46,016 nucleotides of DNA from Candidatus Thorarchaeota archaeon SMTZ1-45 (GTDB taxonomy: Archaea; Asgardarchaeota; Thorarchaeia; Thorarchaeales; Thorarchaeaceae). The notes under the pieces were generated by a model. The model searched no databases. It was not told where the DNA came from and was given only the letters and a program-made list of their open reading frames with translations. The translations under genes were made by a program, and so were the position numbers. Shown in pieces: positions 29,140 through 38,340 of this stretch. Location: positions 1-46,016 of the forward strand of contig LRSL01000061.1 of NCBI GenBank assembly GCA_001563335.1, read 5' to 3'. How positions within the stretch are numbered: position 1 is the stretch's first letter; each line of letters opens with the position of its first letter.

Positions 29140-29915
29140 TGAGTAGAGTAAGTCAAGTCCGTGCATCATTTGTACGTTCAATGAGAATCTTTCTCAGAGA
29201 CAAGGCCATTGTTGGGTCCTCAATCTTGGTTCCAGTGTTTTTCCTTGTTGTACTACCATTAGTGATCTTCCAGAATGTGCCCGTGGAATTCATGCCAGCT
29301 TTGAGAGGCTTTCTTGCGATTGCCATGGTGACACTTCTGATTATGACTGTAGCAATGAGTAACCTCCCAGGGTCTATAGCTGCAGATAGAGATCATGACC
29401 TATATTCCAAACTCTCCTCCATGCCAGTCAATCCTTTGTATGAATGCTTGGGAAGAATCGTGACTGTATTTGTCTTCTCAGCGATTGGTAGTCTTGCCAT
29501 CATAATGATTGGTTTGGCGCTTGGAGCTGAGCTGATTATCACATCCTTAGATTTGCCACTTGTTGTTGGGGCAGCCTCTGGCATCGTACTCTTTTCAGCT
29601 GGTCTTGGATTGATAATTGCAAGTGTGGTAAAAAGCGAGTCAGCGGCAGCTCATATTGGGGTAGCTATTGTCTTGGTCAACTACTTCATTGGTATAGCAT
29701 TCCCATATGGTGATTTGCCTGATTTACTCAAACCAATGGTGCATGTAAACCCAGTATGCATAGGCAATAATATGATTGCAGTTCGCACAGTGGGAGAGGA
29801 GTTCGTAGGATATAATCCATTCAACTTCATGGATATCACAGTAATGCTTGTCTTGACCATTCTCTTATTCACAATTGGATTGTACATTTATTCACGATAC
29901 TGCTGGAGGAGGTAG
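29136..29915 (+). CDS. ABC-2 exporter permease
   Basis: Six TM helices, GTGA overlap with the ATPase gene. Confidence 0.88.
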   Translation: MMSRVSQVRASFVRSMRIFLRDKAIVGSSILVPVFFLVVLPLVIFQNVPVEFMPALRGFLAIAMVTLLIMTVAMSNLPGSIAADRDHDLYSKLSSMPVNPLYECLGRIVTVFVFSAIGSLAIIMIGLALGAELIITSLDLPLVVGAASGIVLFSAGLGLIIASVVKSESAAAHIGVAIVLVNYFIGIAFPYGDLPDLLKPMVHVNPVCIGNNMIAVRTVGEEFVGYNPFNFMDITVMLVLTILLFTIGLYIYSRYCWRR

Positions 29916-29960
29916 ATTCGCTATTGAGAGAGGATCTTCCTCTCTCCCTCATTATTTCTT
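29911..29960 (+). repeat. Dispersed element, copy L (right part; could act as terminator)
   Basis: ggtagattc..GAGAGAGGA-tct-TCCTCTCTC-cctcattattt; its GTAG supplies the permease stop. Confidence 0.7.
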
Positions 29961-30053
29961 CGTTCTCATTCGTGCCAATAAGGGAGAGTTTCGATTTTAT
30001 TTACTCATCCTTTGAGCTTTTTTGGTAGCCCGTAGTCTTTGTCATAGTTTGCA

Positions 30054-30626
30054 CTATTGTATGACTTTCTGGGTCCTTCGCTTCTTGACCTCATCAACAC
30101 CTGCAGCACCAAGACCAACCAACATACAAATCCAGAAGACAGCCATGACAAGGAATACAAGACCTATCAGTTCACCAGCATAGAATGCATGCAGCACGAA
30201 CTGAGCAACTGGTGTATGCGGTTGTTCTATGTTACCATTGAAGTTCTGTCCAATGACCTCGATGGAATATTGCTCTCCTGGAGTTAAAGTATAGTCAATT
30301 GTTTCATGGTATGAGAGGGTTTCAACAAGAGTACCAGGACTGTTCAGGTAGACATCTAAATGGGCAAGATAGGCACCTTCACTATCATACAGCGTGACTG
30401 TGAAGTCAACCTCTTCTCCAACTATATCGAAAGTATGGTAGCCCGAAATGTAAATTGGGAGGTCTGAAGCTGCAGTAAAATCAGCTGTGCCTTCCTCTCC
30501 ACTGAGTATCAGTGTGTGTGTAAACCCAAGACGCATAACCTGGTCTACGCCATGATAGAACAAGACGAAAGAGCCCAGAATTATGAGAAAGACCACTAGG
30601 AAAACCCCTACCGTTCCGCGTTTCAT
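30054..30626 (-). CDS. Hypothetical membrane protein (N- and C-terminal TM, extracellular beta domain)
   Basis: Hydrophobicity pattern. Confidence 0.7.
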   Translation of the reverse strand: MKRGTVGVFLVVFLIILGSFVLFYHGVDQVMRLGFTHTLILSGEEGTADFTAASDLPIYISGYHTFDIVGEEVDFTVTLYDSEGAYLAHLDVYLNSPGTLVETLSYHETIDYTLTPGEQYSIEVIGQNFNGNIEQPHTPVAQFVLHAFYAGELIGLVFLVMAVFWICMLVGLGAAGVDEVKKRRTQKVIQ

Positions 30627-30947
30627 AGCCTTGGGGAAAAGATGGTTTCTTAAATTATTTATTGTTTAGATGAATTATTTGTAAGCAAATGCAATCTTTT
30701 ATCAAACAACTTGAATTAGGGAAAAGATAGAACTTTTAAGTTGTAACTCTTTCTTTATGGAAAACTTCTTTTCCGTGAAAATACTCCCAGGTAGCTGCTT
30801 GTAGTGGAAAAGACCTGATGCGTACTTTCTTATGATAACCTCAGGTCTTCTTCATCAAAACCGTCGAGGGATTTTAGATCGCTCAAGACTAGTGAAGGCA
30901 TCAATCTCAGAGCTGCGTCCAAGTCATTCTTGAGCAAAACTTGAGAA

Positions 30948-32219
30948 TCATTTTCTGCGCTTTAAGACCAGCAAGAATGCTATTACAACTACTGCACCAC
31001 CAATCGAAAGACCTGAAATCAACAAAATATCAGGGGGAGGGGGGTTTGTTGTCGTGGCTGTTGGCGAGGTTGTTGTGGATGTGGTTGGAGTCGTAGTTGT
31101 GGCTTCGGGACAATATTGCGACAAAAGACTTTGACCTTCTGTTAGCAGAGCACTCCAGATGAGTGCCATATTGCCCATGTCCCAGTTTGTAAATAGGACA
31201 GCTCCCAGTTTTCCACATTCAGTTGTGAACTTTCCAAACTCAGCAGAATATCCTAACATAGATCCATACTGTTGAAGATATTGATTCATTATGGGAACAT
31301 ACTCAGGTTGGAATATTTGGACATCTCCATACCATCCCCCATTCGTTACAGCGATGATGAATTTAGAGAGGTCTGTAACAGTTGTCATTAGACCACCCGC
31401 ACCATATCCATAGTCTCGGTAGACAGGAAGTGCGACCAGAGTGCCATTGTCCAACTTCAAGTGGGGAACTGCTACAGGTTGCGCATACTCAGTCACATTG
31501 AACTTTGTTTCATTCATTCCTAATGGAGTAAGAATGGTGTCATGGATATAATCGCTCCATGTGTTGTTTGTAATGTGTTCTAAGAGGAAACTCAGGAAGA
31601 AATATCCGGTGTTTGAATAGGCAAAATCGCCTGTAGTTGGTAACCACAGGTCTGGGTCATTGATGTTTGTGCTATTGATAATATCCTGGAGTGGTAAACG
31701 AATACCATTCCAGCTTGGAACAGGAATCGATATTGTGTAATTGAGGTCATCAAGCAGCTGAAGCATCTCCGCACTAATCCAAGGTTGGTTGAATTGATGG
31801 TATATTTTCATTCCAGCTTTATGCTCTAGGACCATTCGAATCGTGATGATTGTACCAGGTTCATTCGGGTTTCTGACCTGAAAAGGGAGATAGTCGCTGA
31901 CATCGTCATCAAGATTGATTATGCCTGTTTCGTTGAGTTTGACAAAGGCTGCAGCGGTGAATGTCTTTGTGACTGAGCCAGTCCTGAACACTGTGTTCAA
32001 TGCGGGTTGCTCGCCATATCCCTTTGCCCAGACTAGAGCGTTATTGATGATTATCGCCGCTTGTATACTTGGAATTCCTGATGCATCAAAGGCGTTCTGT
32101 ATTGCAATTGCACCTTCTTCTGATATAGATCCAATCTCAGTAATTCCGTTGGCAAGCACGTTGGTTGGTAAAACCAAAAAAAGAATCAAAAATAGAAAAG
32201 TCGTTGACTTCAGATTCAT
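30948..32219 (-). CDS. Secreted serine hydrolase (beta-lactamase fold) with Thr/Pro linker and C-terminal anchor
   Basis: Signal peptide, GSVTK, YSN, GAGGL; TTTTPTTSTTTSPT linker, TM, then KRRK. Confidence 0.9.
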   Translation of the reverse strand: MNLKSTTFLFLILFLVLPTNVLANGITEIGSISEEGAIAIQNAFDASGIPSIQAAIIINNALVWAKGYGEQPALNTVFRTGSVTKTFTAAAFVKLNETGIINLDDDVSDYLPFQVRNPNEPGTIITIRMVLEHKAGMKIYHQFNQPWISAEMLQLLDDLNYTISIPVPSWNGIRLPLQDIINSTNINDPDLWLPTTGDFAYSNTGYFFLSFLLEHITNNTWSDYIHDTILTPLGMNETKFNVTEYAQPVAVPHLKLDNGTLVALPVYRDYGYGAGGLMTTVTDLSKFIIAVTNGGWYGDVQIFQPEYVPIMNQYLQQYGSMLGYSAEFGKFTTECGKLGAVLFTNWDMGNMALIWSALLTEGQSLLSQYCPEATTTTPTTSTTTSPTATTTNPPPPDILLISGLSIGGAVVVIAFLLVLKRRK

Positions 32220-32438
32220 CTTTCCACCTCATTTCCCTCACGCTAATAATATGCAGAGTTAATGAATGAAAACATCTTTTCTGTTTTAAAGCTCTATAGC
32301 CAATTTGCTATAGTAGATTTTGGATATACTGAGCTTTTTCTTCACATCATTGAGCACTTGATGAACTGTGGTTTTTCTTGTATCCAACTGAGTTCGCTTC
32401 GTTCTTTTGTGATGGCTCTAGTCCACTTCGCAAAATGT

Positions 32439-33437
32439 TTACACAGAAGCTAATCTTGGAAACAGATCTAAAGCACCCTCTCTTGCAATAGCCCTAAGGT
32501 CATCTTCATTAAAGCCATCGAAAGATTTGAGGTCGCTCAATACAAGTAAGGCCATCAACCTTGGTGCAGCACCCAGGTCAGTTCCGAGTACAATGTGAGA
32601 TGGATCCAACAGCTCTTTGAGGGTTCTTAGTGAGCTTGGAGTGGTCACGGCTGTTGTGTCATAATACATGTTCTTCAAGAGTTTCAACCCTGCTGCAGGT
32701 CCTTGCTTTCGGAGTATCAGGTCATAGAGTGACCGCAGTTTTTTGACCTTGTCACGTTGTCGATATTCCAAAATACTAATTCTCCAAGCAAGATATGGAA
32801 CTGCACCACCTCCATGTGGAAGTATGAATTTGATGTTTGGATTCCTATCGAGCACTCCGCTGTATACCATATTCGCAACAGCTCGTGTAGTATCAAAAGG
32901 CCACTCAATGTGGACAACGGGAACATCTGGTTTTTTCAAATCAGCAAATGGAGGGTCATCAGGATGAACAAAGACAACTGCTTTGCGTTTATTCAACTCA
33001 GCAAAGAACTCATCAAGCTCAGGATCTCCTAAATACATCCCATCAGCGTTTGATAGAAGAACCACACCATCAAGGTGAAGCTCATCAAAAGCGTACTCAA
33101 GCTCTGTAAAAGCCGCATCTATGTTAGGTAGTGGCACCGATGCCAATGCACCAAATCGAGTGGGATATTTTTTAACCATCTCTGCGAGATAGGTGTTTGT
33201 TTTTCTAGCTAAGCCTTGGAAGAAACCGTTATCCTTGATCTTTAAGCCGGAGGCGGGAATTGAGAGAATCGCCTTGTCTATTCCCACCTTGTCCATGTCT
33301 CTCAAGCATTCCTCAGGATTATATGTAGGAATAGGTACTCCCGAGAGCTCAGTAATTCCTTCCTCTGCAAGGGCTTTCACATAGAAATCTGGTATGAGAT
33401 GATGATGCAAATCAATCCAATCATAATCGTCCGACAT
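32439..33437 (-). CDS. Amidohydrolase-2 family (ACMSD/aromatic acid decarboxylase-like)
   Basis: IDLHHH, VFVHP, PHGGG and GTD motifs; start placed at MSDDYDW (33437). Confidence 0.88.
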   Translation of the reverse strand: MSDDYDWIDLHHHLIPDFYVKALAEEGITELSGVPIPTYNPEECLRDMDKVGIDKAILSIPASGLKIKDNGFFQGLARKTNTYLAEMVKKYPTRFGALASVPLPNIDAAFTELEYAFDELHLDGVVLLSNADGMYLGDPELDEFFAELNKRKAVVFVHPDDPPFADLKKPDVPVVHIEWPFDTTRAVANMVYSGVLDRNPNIKFILPHGGGAVPYLAWRISILEYRQRDKVKKLRSLYDLILRKQGPAAGLKLLKNMYYDTTAVTTPSSLRTLKELLDPSHIVLGTDLGAAPRLMALLVLSDLKSFDGFNEDDLRAIAREGALDLFPRLASV

Positions 33438-33454
33438 TTTTACCAACCATGTTT

Positions 33455-33533
33455 TTCGAATTCGACTCGAATTCATATTTACTATCTGCGCCAGTCCTAA
33501 TATAATTTTCGAATATGATTCGAATTCGAATTC
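33455..33533. promoter_or_regulatory. Pair of TTCGAA-rich inverted operators between amidohydrolase and TetR
   Basis: ttcgaattcgactcgaattcatat and atatgattcgaattcgaattc are approximately reverse complements. Confidence 0.65.
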
Positions 33534-33560
33534 TTTATTAACTGAGAGTCTAACAATGAG

Positions 33561-34172
33561 TTGAAGATGAGGAAATCAAAGGCTAAACAAGCAATAGTAG
33601 AAACAGGACAGAAACTGATTGAGAAGAAAGGGTATTCCGAGCTCAACATAAACGAAGTAGCTTACGTCGCAAAAGTGAGTGTGGGAACACTCTACTATCA
33701 TTTTCCAAAAGGAAAAGTAGACATCCTAGCTGAAATCATGTCAAGAAAGACTGAGGGTTTTGTAGAGGACTTCAACAGACAAGAAGGAATTGATAAGCTG
33801 CTTGAAATGGACATGAAACTGGATGACATACTTCGATGGGTCTTCACAAAGGTCATAGAGCTTCGTAGACCAGATCGACATTTTCTCTCGGCAATTCAAA
33901 GTGAGATGCTCGCCAATCCGTATCAGTACCAGGAGTTTGTGAAGAAATATCAGAGCTCTACCGGACTTCAACAAGCGATGGGAGTGCTCTCGGAGGTTTT
34001 AATGAAATCAAAAACAATCAGTCTGAGCAAGCTAATAGATAGGCAGGAAACGATTCAGAGACTCGTTGGACTTCTAATGAGCTATCAGATTATCTTCCCA
34101 GATTATTTTGGTAACGACGACGATTTTGTGGACTTGGCTGTTAGAGTGTTCTTTGAGATTTTGAAGCCGTGA
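33561..34172 (+). CDS. TetR/AcrR family regulator
   Basis: INEVAYVAKVSVGTLYYHFPKGKVDI motif. Confidence 0.9.
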   Translation: MKMRKSKAKQAIVETGQKLIEKKGYSELNINEVAYVAKVSVGTLYYHFPKGKVDILAEIMSRKTEGFVEDFNRQEGIDKLLEMDMKLDDILRWVFTKVIELRRPDRHFLSAIQSEMLANPYQYQEFVKKYQSSTGLQQAMGVLSEVLMKSKTISLSKLIDRQETIQRLVGLLMSYQIIFPDYFGNDDDFVDLAVRVFFEILKP

Positions 34173-34773
34173 ATTCAAAAGTGAGTTCAACTAAACGTAG
34201 CAGGTATTTTGCCAATATCTTATCATCTTCAAATAATGGGAATTTTATGTGGATATTTGTGACCCGGTCTACGATATTGAGAGTCATGACTATTCGACGA
34301 AAAAGTTCAGCCTCGGAGTAATCCTTCAACCACTCGACCTTCTTGAACCTTCTAGCCAACTCGTTATAGAATCCCGCAACCATGTTGGAAAACTCACGAT
34401 ATGTTTCATTACCCGCGGTCATGAGTGGTGTAGCCAGTTCTTCTACAAACAGGTTTGACCGTCTAATCTGAATAGCTTTGTCTATCATGTGAGCCCATAC
34501 TTGCATGAAACCGGGCAAATCCAAGTCATCTGGAACATCCAAGTCAAGGGTTTCGCGAATGTTTCTCCGCGTCATCTCTCTGACAATGTCTATCTTCCCC
34601 TTTGGAAAGTATCGATAGACAGTTCCTATGCTTAGATCGGCCCTCTCAGGAATATCCCTTACACTGGCTCGTGAAAGACCTTTCTCCCTGATGATCTCAG
34701 TCATGGATGTGATGATCTTCTCAATCTTCGCTTCTCTGTCGCGTGTGAACTTCTTCTCGTTTTGTTTCATCAC
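34141..34773 (-). CDS. TetR/AcrR family regulator
   Basis: VRDIPERADLSIGTVYRYFPKGKIDI motif. Confidence 0.9.
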   Translation of the reverse strand: MMKQNEKKFTRDREAKIEKIITSMTEIIREKGLSRASVRDIPERADLSIGTVYRYFPKGKIDIVREMTRRNIRETLDLDVPDDLDLPGFMQVWAHMIDKAIQIRRSNLFVEELATPLMTAGNETYREFSNMVAGFYNELARRFKKVEWLKDYSEAELFRRIVMTLNIVDRVTNIHIKFPLFEDDKILAKYLLRLVELTFEFTASKSQRTL

Positions 34774-34813
34774 AACTCGTTCCCTTCTTTGCTGATGTAC
34801 CTTATCTCTGTAT

Positions 34814-34859
34814 CTGAATTATTGTTCAGTTAGTAAAGGCTATATGAACATTTGTTCAT
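34814..34859. promoter_or_regulatory. Two TetR operators
   Basis: CTGAATTATTGTTCAG (34814-29) and perfect ATGAACA-tt-TGTTCAT (34844-59) in the divergent gap. Confidence 0.75.
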
Positions 34860-34881
34860 TTATTCTAGGATGTGATATCAT

Positions 34882-35499
34882 ATGGAAATTGATCTTGCTT
34901 TCAAAATCTCATATCTACTACTCTGGCTCCTGTACCTGCTATCTAGGCTCATTCCATCTCGTGGGCTCCCTAGTCTTGATAGTTCTCGTAAAGAACGACG
35001 CGCAGTCCTAAGAGAGGAGGGCTGGCACATCATCTTCACTTTCATCATGGCGTGGTATGGGAACATCATTGTTGCAGTTCTATACTTGTTTAATCCTCCA
35101 TGGATTGCTTGGTCGTACCTCAATCTTCCCTTAGAGGTCCGATTAGTCGGGTTCTTCTTCGCAATAATACTTGTACCATATACATACTGGATTGGGCGTA
35201 CAATTGCTCAGAACTTTTCTTATACCATCGAGATACAAGAGAGGCAACAACTAATCACTACAGGACCGTATAAGAGAGTACGACATCCGATTTATGCTTC
35301 AGCCATCTTTTTCCTTGGTTCACTAGTACTTGTATCGGACAACTGGCTCTTTCTTGTTGTTCTTTTGCTTATAATTCCAGGATTATATATCCGTATGAAA
35401 AGGGAAGAGCAGATGATGCTAGATGAGTTTGGTGACCAATACCAAGTATATATGGTTCGAACTGGTAGAATCTTTCCAAAGATTCGTCCATCGGATTAA
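34882..35499 (+). CDS. Isoprenylcysteine carboxyl methyltransferase (ICMT/Ste14) family protein
   Basis: LITTGPYKRVRHPIY and REEQMM..EFG.QY..Y motifs. Confidence 0.9.
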   Translation: MEIDLAFKISYLLLWLLYLLSRLIPSRGLPSLDSSRKERRAVLREEGWHIIFTFIMAWYGNIIVAVLYLFNPPWIAWSYLNLPLEVRLVGFFFAIILVPYTYWIGRTIAQNFSYTIEIQERQQLITTGPYKRVRHPIYASAIFFLGSLVLVSDNWLFLVVLLLIIPGLYIRMKREEQMMLDEFGDQYQVYMVRTGRIFPKIRPSD

Positions 35500-35676
35500 T
35501 TTCCTTCACCCTCAAATTCAGAAAGCTAGTGAAGACAATGCAAATCTGATTTTAGAGGTTTTTACAATTGTCTTAGGGAATACCTAGTCAAGGATATCAT
35601 GGAATAGGTAAATTTAGATTATTTGTACGGATTTTCAAAATAGAGATAAAGAAGATATCCAATAAGCATATACAAG

Positions 35677-35925
35677 ATGGCCACAAATAAACGCGAGATA
35701 GCTCGGAGAATAGCAATTTGTTATGTTATACTGGGAAGTACCTATTTCCTTTTGTGGTACTTTGTCATAAGTCCCTCAGGGAATATCGACCCAATTCTCA
35801 TTGCTCTATTCTACATCTCTCTACCAGCGATTCTTGTCGCACCATATGTCGTTTTCGAGATAGGAGCGCAGATAATTAGTGCCAGAATGAAACGAATCGA
35901 ATCTCCCGAGGAAACTGACTATTAA
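35677..35925 (+). CDS. Small 2-TM membrane protein
   Basis: Two hydrophobic helices. Confidence 0.6.
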   Translation: MATNKREIARRIAICYVILGSTYFLLWYFVISPSGNIDPILIALFYISLPAILVAPYVVFEIGAQIISARMKRIESPEETDY

Positions 35926-35956
35926 TGCTTTGAATTTTCAAATCAATGCGTTTTGT

Positions 35957-37063
35957 CTAGTGCTTTCTTTGACTTATGGCTCGTTCATAGACATTCACGA
36001 TTTGCTCGATTTGTTTCTTCCAAGAGTACTCATTCATTATTTTCTTTCGGCATCGATGTCCCATATCTAACCGTAGTTTTTCATCTGCTCCAAGTCGCCT
36101 CATTGCATCAACAACTTCTTGAACACTATGGGGTCTTACCAAGATTCCCTCCTTTTTTCCAAGTAACCGAACTGTCTCGCCAATGCCAGTTGTGATTATG
36201 GGAAGTCCGCAGCTCATTGCCTCTAGTACGCTGATTCCTAGCCCTCCAATATTTTGAGGAATCACGAATACATCCATCATCTTCAAGTATGCAGGGATCT
36301 TTTCATGATCTACAGAGCCCACCCAGTTGATTGAGCCATCACCATTATTATTGTCCATTCTTGCCTTGAGCATTCCATCACCAATCAGTGTCAGTCTAGA
36401 TGCAGGATTCTCATTGTGATACTCGGTGAATGCGTCTAAAAGAACGTCAACCCCTTTATCGAGACTAAGTCGACCAACATATACAAAATCAATTATGCCA
36501 TCTTCACGGATGTTCTTAGCAGGACTGAACATTGCTGTGTCGACACCGTTCCTGATAACCGTCAACTTGTGTTCAGGAAATCCATAGTTCAAGATGTATG
36601 GTTTCTGTGATGGGTCTACAAGAATGATTTCGTCATAATTCTTGCAAGCAAAAAGAGATGATTTCCATGCAAGAGCAAAAACAATTGTGTAGAGAGACAG
36701 ACCCGCGGCGTATGCAAGATGGAAGGTTGCGACAATTGGTGGGAGTGCTTTTTTGAAGTACTGAAGGAACGATTCTGTTGTTCCGGAGTTCATCTGAACA
36801 TGTAACACATCGATATCAAAATCTCTACACACTTCAACGATCCTTCGGGGGGCACTCAAGGAATCCAGTGAGAAATGCGGGTTAACATGTGCTGCGCGAA
36901 ATTGGTGAACATGTTCTTTTGGAACAACATCAACCTTCTCAGATGGGGTGAAGACATGCACTTCATGGCCATTCTCGATCAGCTCTTTAACAACAATGCC
37001 AACCCGAGTACAAAGGCCATCTGGTGCTCCAAACTTGCTAACCATCCCAATCCTCAAAGTCAA
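35957..37063 (-). CDS. GT4-family glycosyltransferase
   Basis: NGVD, VGRLSLDKG and SVLEAMSCGLPII motifs. Confidence 0.9.
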   Translation of the reverse strand: MTLRIGMVSKFGAPDGLCTRVGIVVKELIENGHEVHVFTPSEKVDVVPKEHVHQFRAAHVNPHFSLDSLSAPRRIVEVCRDFDIDVLHVQMNSGTTESFLQYFKKALPPIVATFHLAYAAGLSLYTIVFALAWKSSLFACKNYDEIILVDPSQKPYILNYGFPEHKLTVIRNGVDTAMFSPAKNIREDGIIDFVYVGRLSLDKGVDVLLDAFTEYHNENPASRLTLIGDGMLKARMDNNNGDGSINWVGSVDHEKIPAYLKMMDVFVIPQNIGGLGISVLEAMSCGLPIITTGIGETVRLLGKKEGILVRPHSVQEVVDAMRRLGADEKLRLDMGHRCRKKIMNEYSWKKQIEQIVNVYERAISQRKH

Positions 37064-37156
37064 ACCACCAGAGAGTTACTTATTGAGTTGAAGACACTTT
37101 AACATCTTTCGATTGAGTTCTCTTAATTCCTGAGATATGATATTTGTGATTGACAG

Positions 37157-37999
37157 TTACTCAGAAGGAGGTAGTCCAAGAGCAGATTCTATCATAGCAA
37201 TGAACCTCATCTGCCGTGACCATATTTGCCCTACACTCATGCCTCCATCAACAACCAGTGCATGTCCAGTGACAAAGCTCGAGTCATCACTAGCCAGCCA
37301 GAGTGCAGCCTTAGCGATATCCTCAGGGAGCCCTGCACGCTGAAGGGGTTGCGCTCTCTCGAAAAGACGTTTCAAATCCTCGTATTTGCTCTCACTATCA
37401 GCTGCGGACATTCCCTTAGAGGCACCAAATATGGAAGTTACAATCGAACCGGGACATATACTATTCACGCGGATATTGTATGGAGCCAATTCCATTGCTA
37501 CAGTATGAGTTAGCTGTATGACAGCTGCCTTAGCAGCACTATATGGGTGGTTTTGGGATATGCCACGTAGACCAGCTATGCTTGAGATGTTTATGATGTT
37601 ACCTTCACCTTGACGTTTCAAAATAGGTGCAGAATGTTTTATGCCTAAGAACACTCCACGAAGCAAGACACCTATTGTATGATCAAATCCAGAAACAGGT
37701 ATAGACTCAATTTCTCCTTGCACACCACCCATACCAGCGTTATTGACTACACAATCAAGGCGACCATAGGAGTCGACAGCATAATCAATCATACTCTTTA
37801 CGTCATCTTCCAGACTAACATCAGCGTGTACGAAGGTGGCGCTAGCTCCAAGACTCTCAGCAAGCTGTTGCCCCAGCTCATCTTGAATGTCAGCAACAAC
37901 CACTCGAGCCCCTTCTTTCACAAATAACTCTACAATTGCTTTTCCGATTCCACTTGCGCCGCCAGTTAAAACAGCGACTCTATTAGCCAACTTGCCCAT
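37157..37999 (-). CDS. Classical short-chain dehydrogenase/reductase
   Basis: TGGASGIG, NNAG, YSAAK and VDGG motifs. Confidence 0.95.
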   Translation of the reverse strand: MGKLANRVAVLTGGASGIGKAIVELFVKEGARVVVADIQDELGQQLAESLGASATFVHADVSLEDDVKSMIDYAVDSYGRLDCVVNNAGMGGVQGEIESIPVSGFDHTIGVLLRGVFLGIKHSAPILKRQGEGNIINISSIAGLRGISQNHPYSAAKAAVIQLTHTVAMELAPYNIRVNSICPGSIVTSIFGASKGMSAADSESKYEDLKRLFERAQPLQRAGLPEDIAKAALWLASDDSSFVTGHALVVDGGMSVGQIWSRQMRFIAMIESALGLPPSE

Positions 38000-38047
38000 T
38001 TTCTCACATCCTCTTGTCCATAATATCTAGGACATTTTGCTACAGTA

Positions 38048-38078
38048 ATGAAAATGGTAGATTCTACCATCATTTCAT
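38048..38078. promoter_or_regulatory. Inverted repeat upstream of SDR (probable operator)
   Basis: ATGAAA-ATGGTAGA-t-TCTACCAT-ca-TTTCAT. Confidence 0.55.
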
Positions 38079-38340
38079 CTTTTTGTAAAGACAGGGGGAA
38101 CCGAACATCTGAAATCTGCTTGAGGGTGATTCTATTGTCATTTTGCTCAAATAGAACGAGTCATGGAACGAGTCAATCAGTTTGATAAACTCTGTCTTGG
38201 GTTTGGAGGGAAACTCAGATATGACCATTAGGACACGGATGTGTGAAGGTCCCGATAGAATTAGGTTTCAACTTCACAACAGATTCTAGAGTCCCCTTAG
38301 TCAATAATTGGTAGACTGATAGATAGCGAAAGCAGAGGAA

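Noticed and set aside
31031-31105. GTT/GTG-rich low-complexity tract
   Set aside because: It encodes the Thr/Pro linker of the serine hydrolase and is not an independent repeat.
33481-33489. actatctgc matching the element core
   Set aside because: Only 9 bp, no flanking similarity, and it lies between two TetR operators.
34882-35499. ICMT as evidence of eukaryote-like protein prenylation
   Set aside because: The family is widespread in prokaryotes, and no prenyltransferase or CaaX substrate is evident here.
38154-38176. Direct repeat gaacgagtca x2
   Set aside because: Two short copies only, with no associated mobile element.
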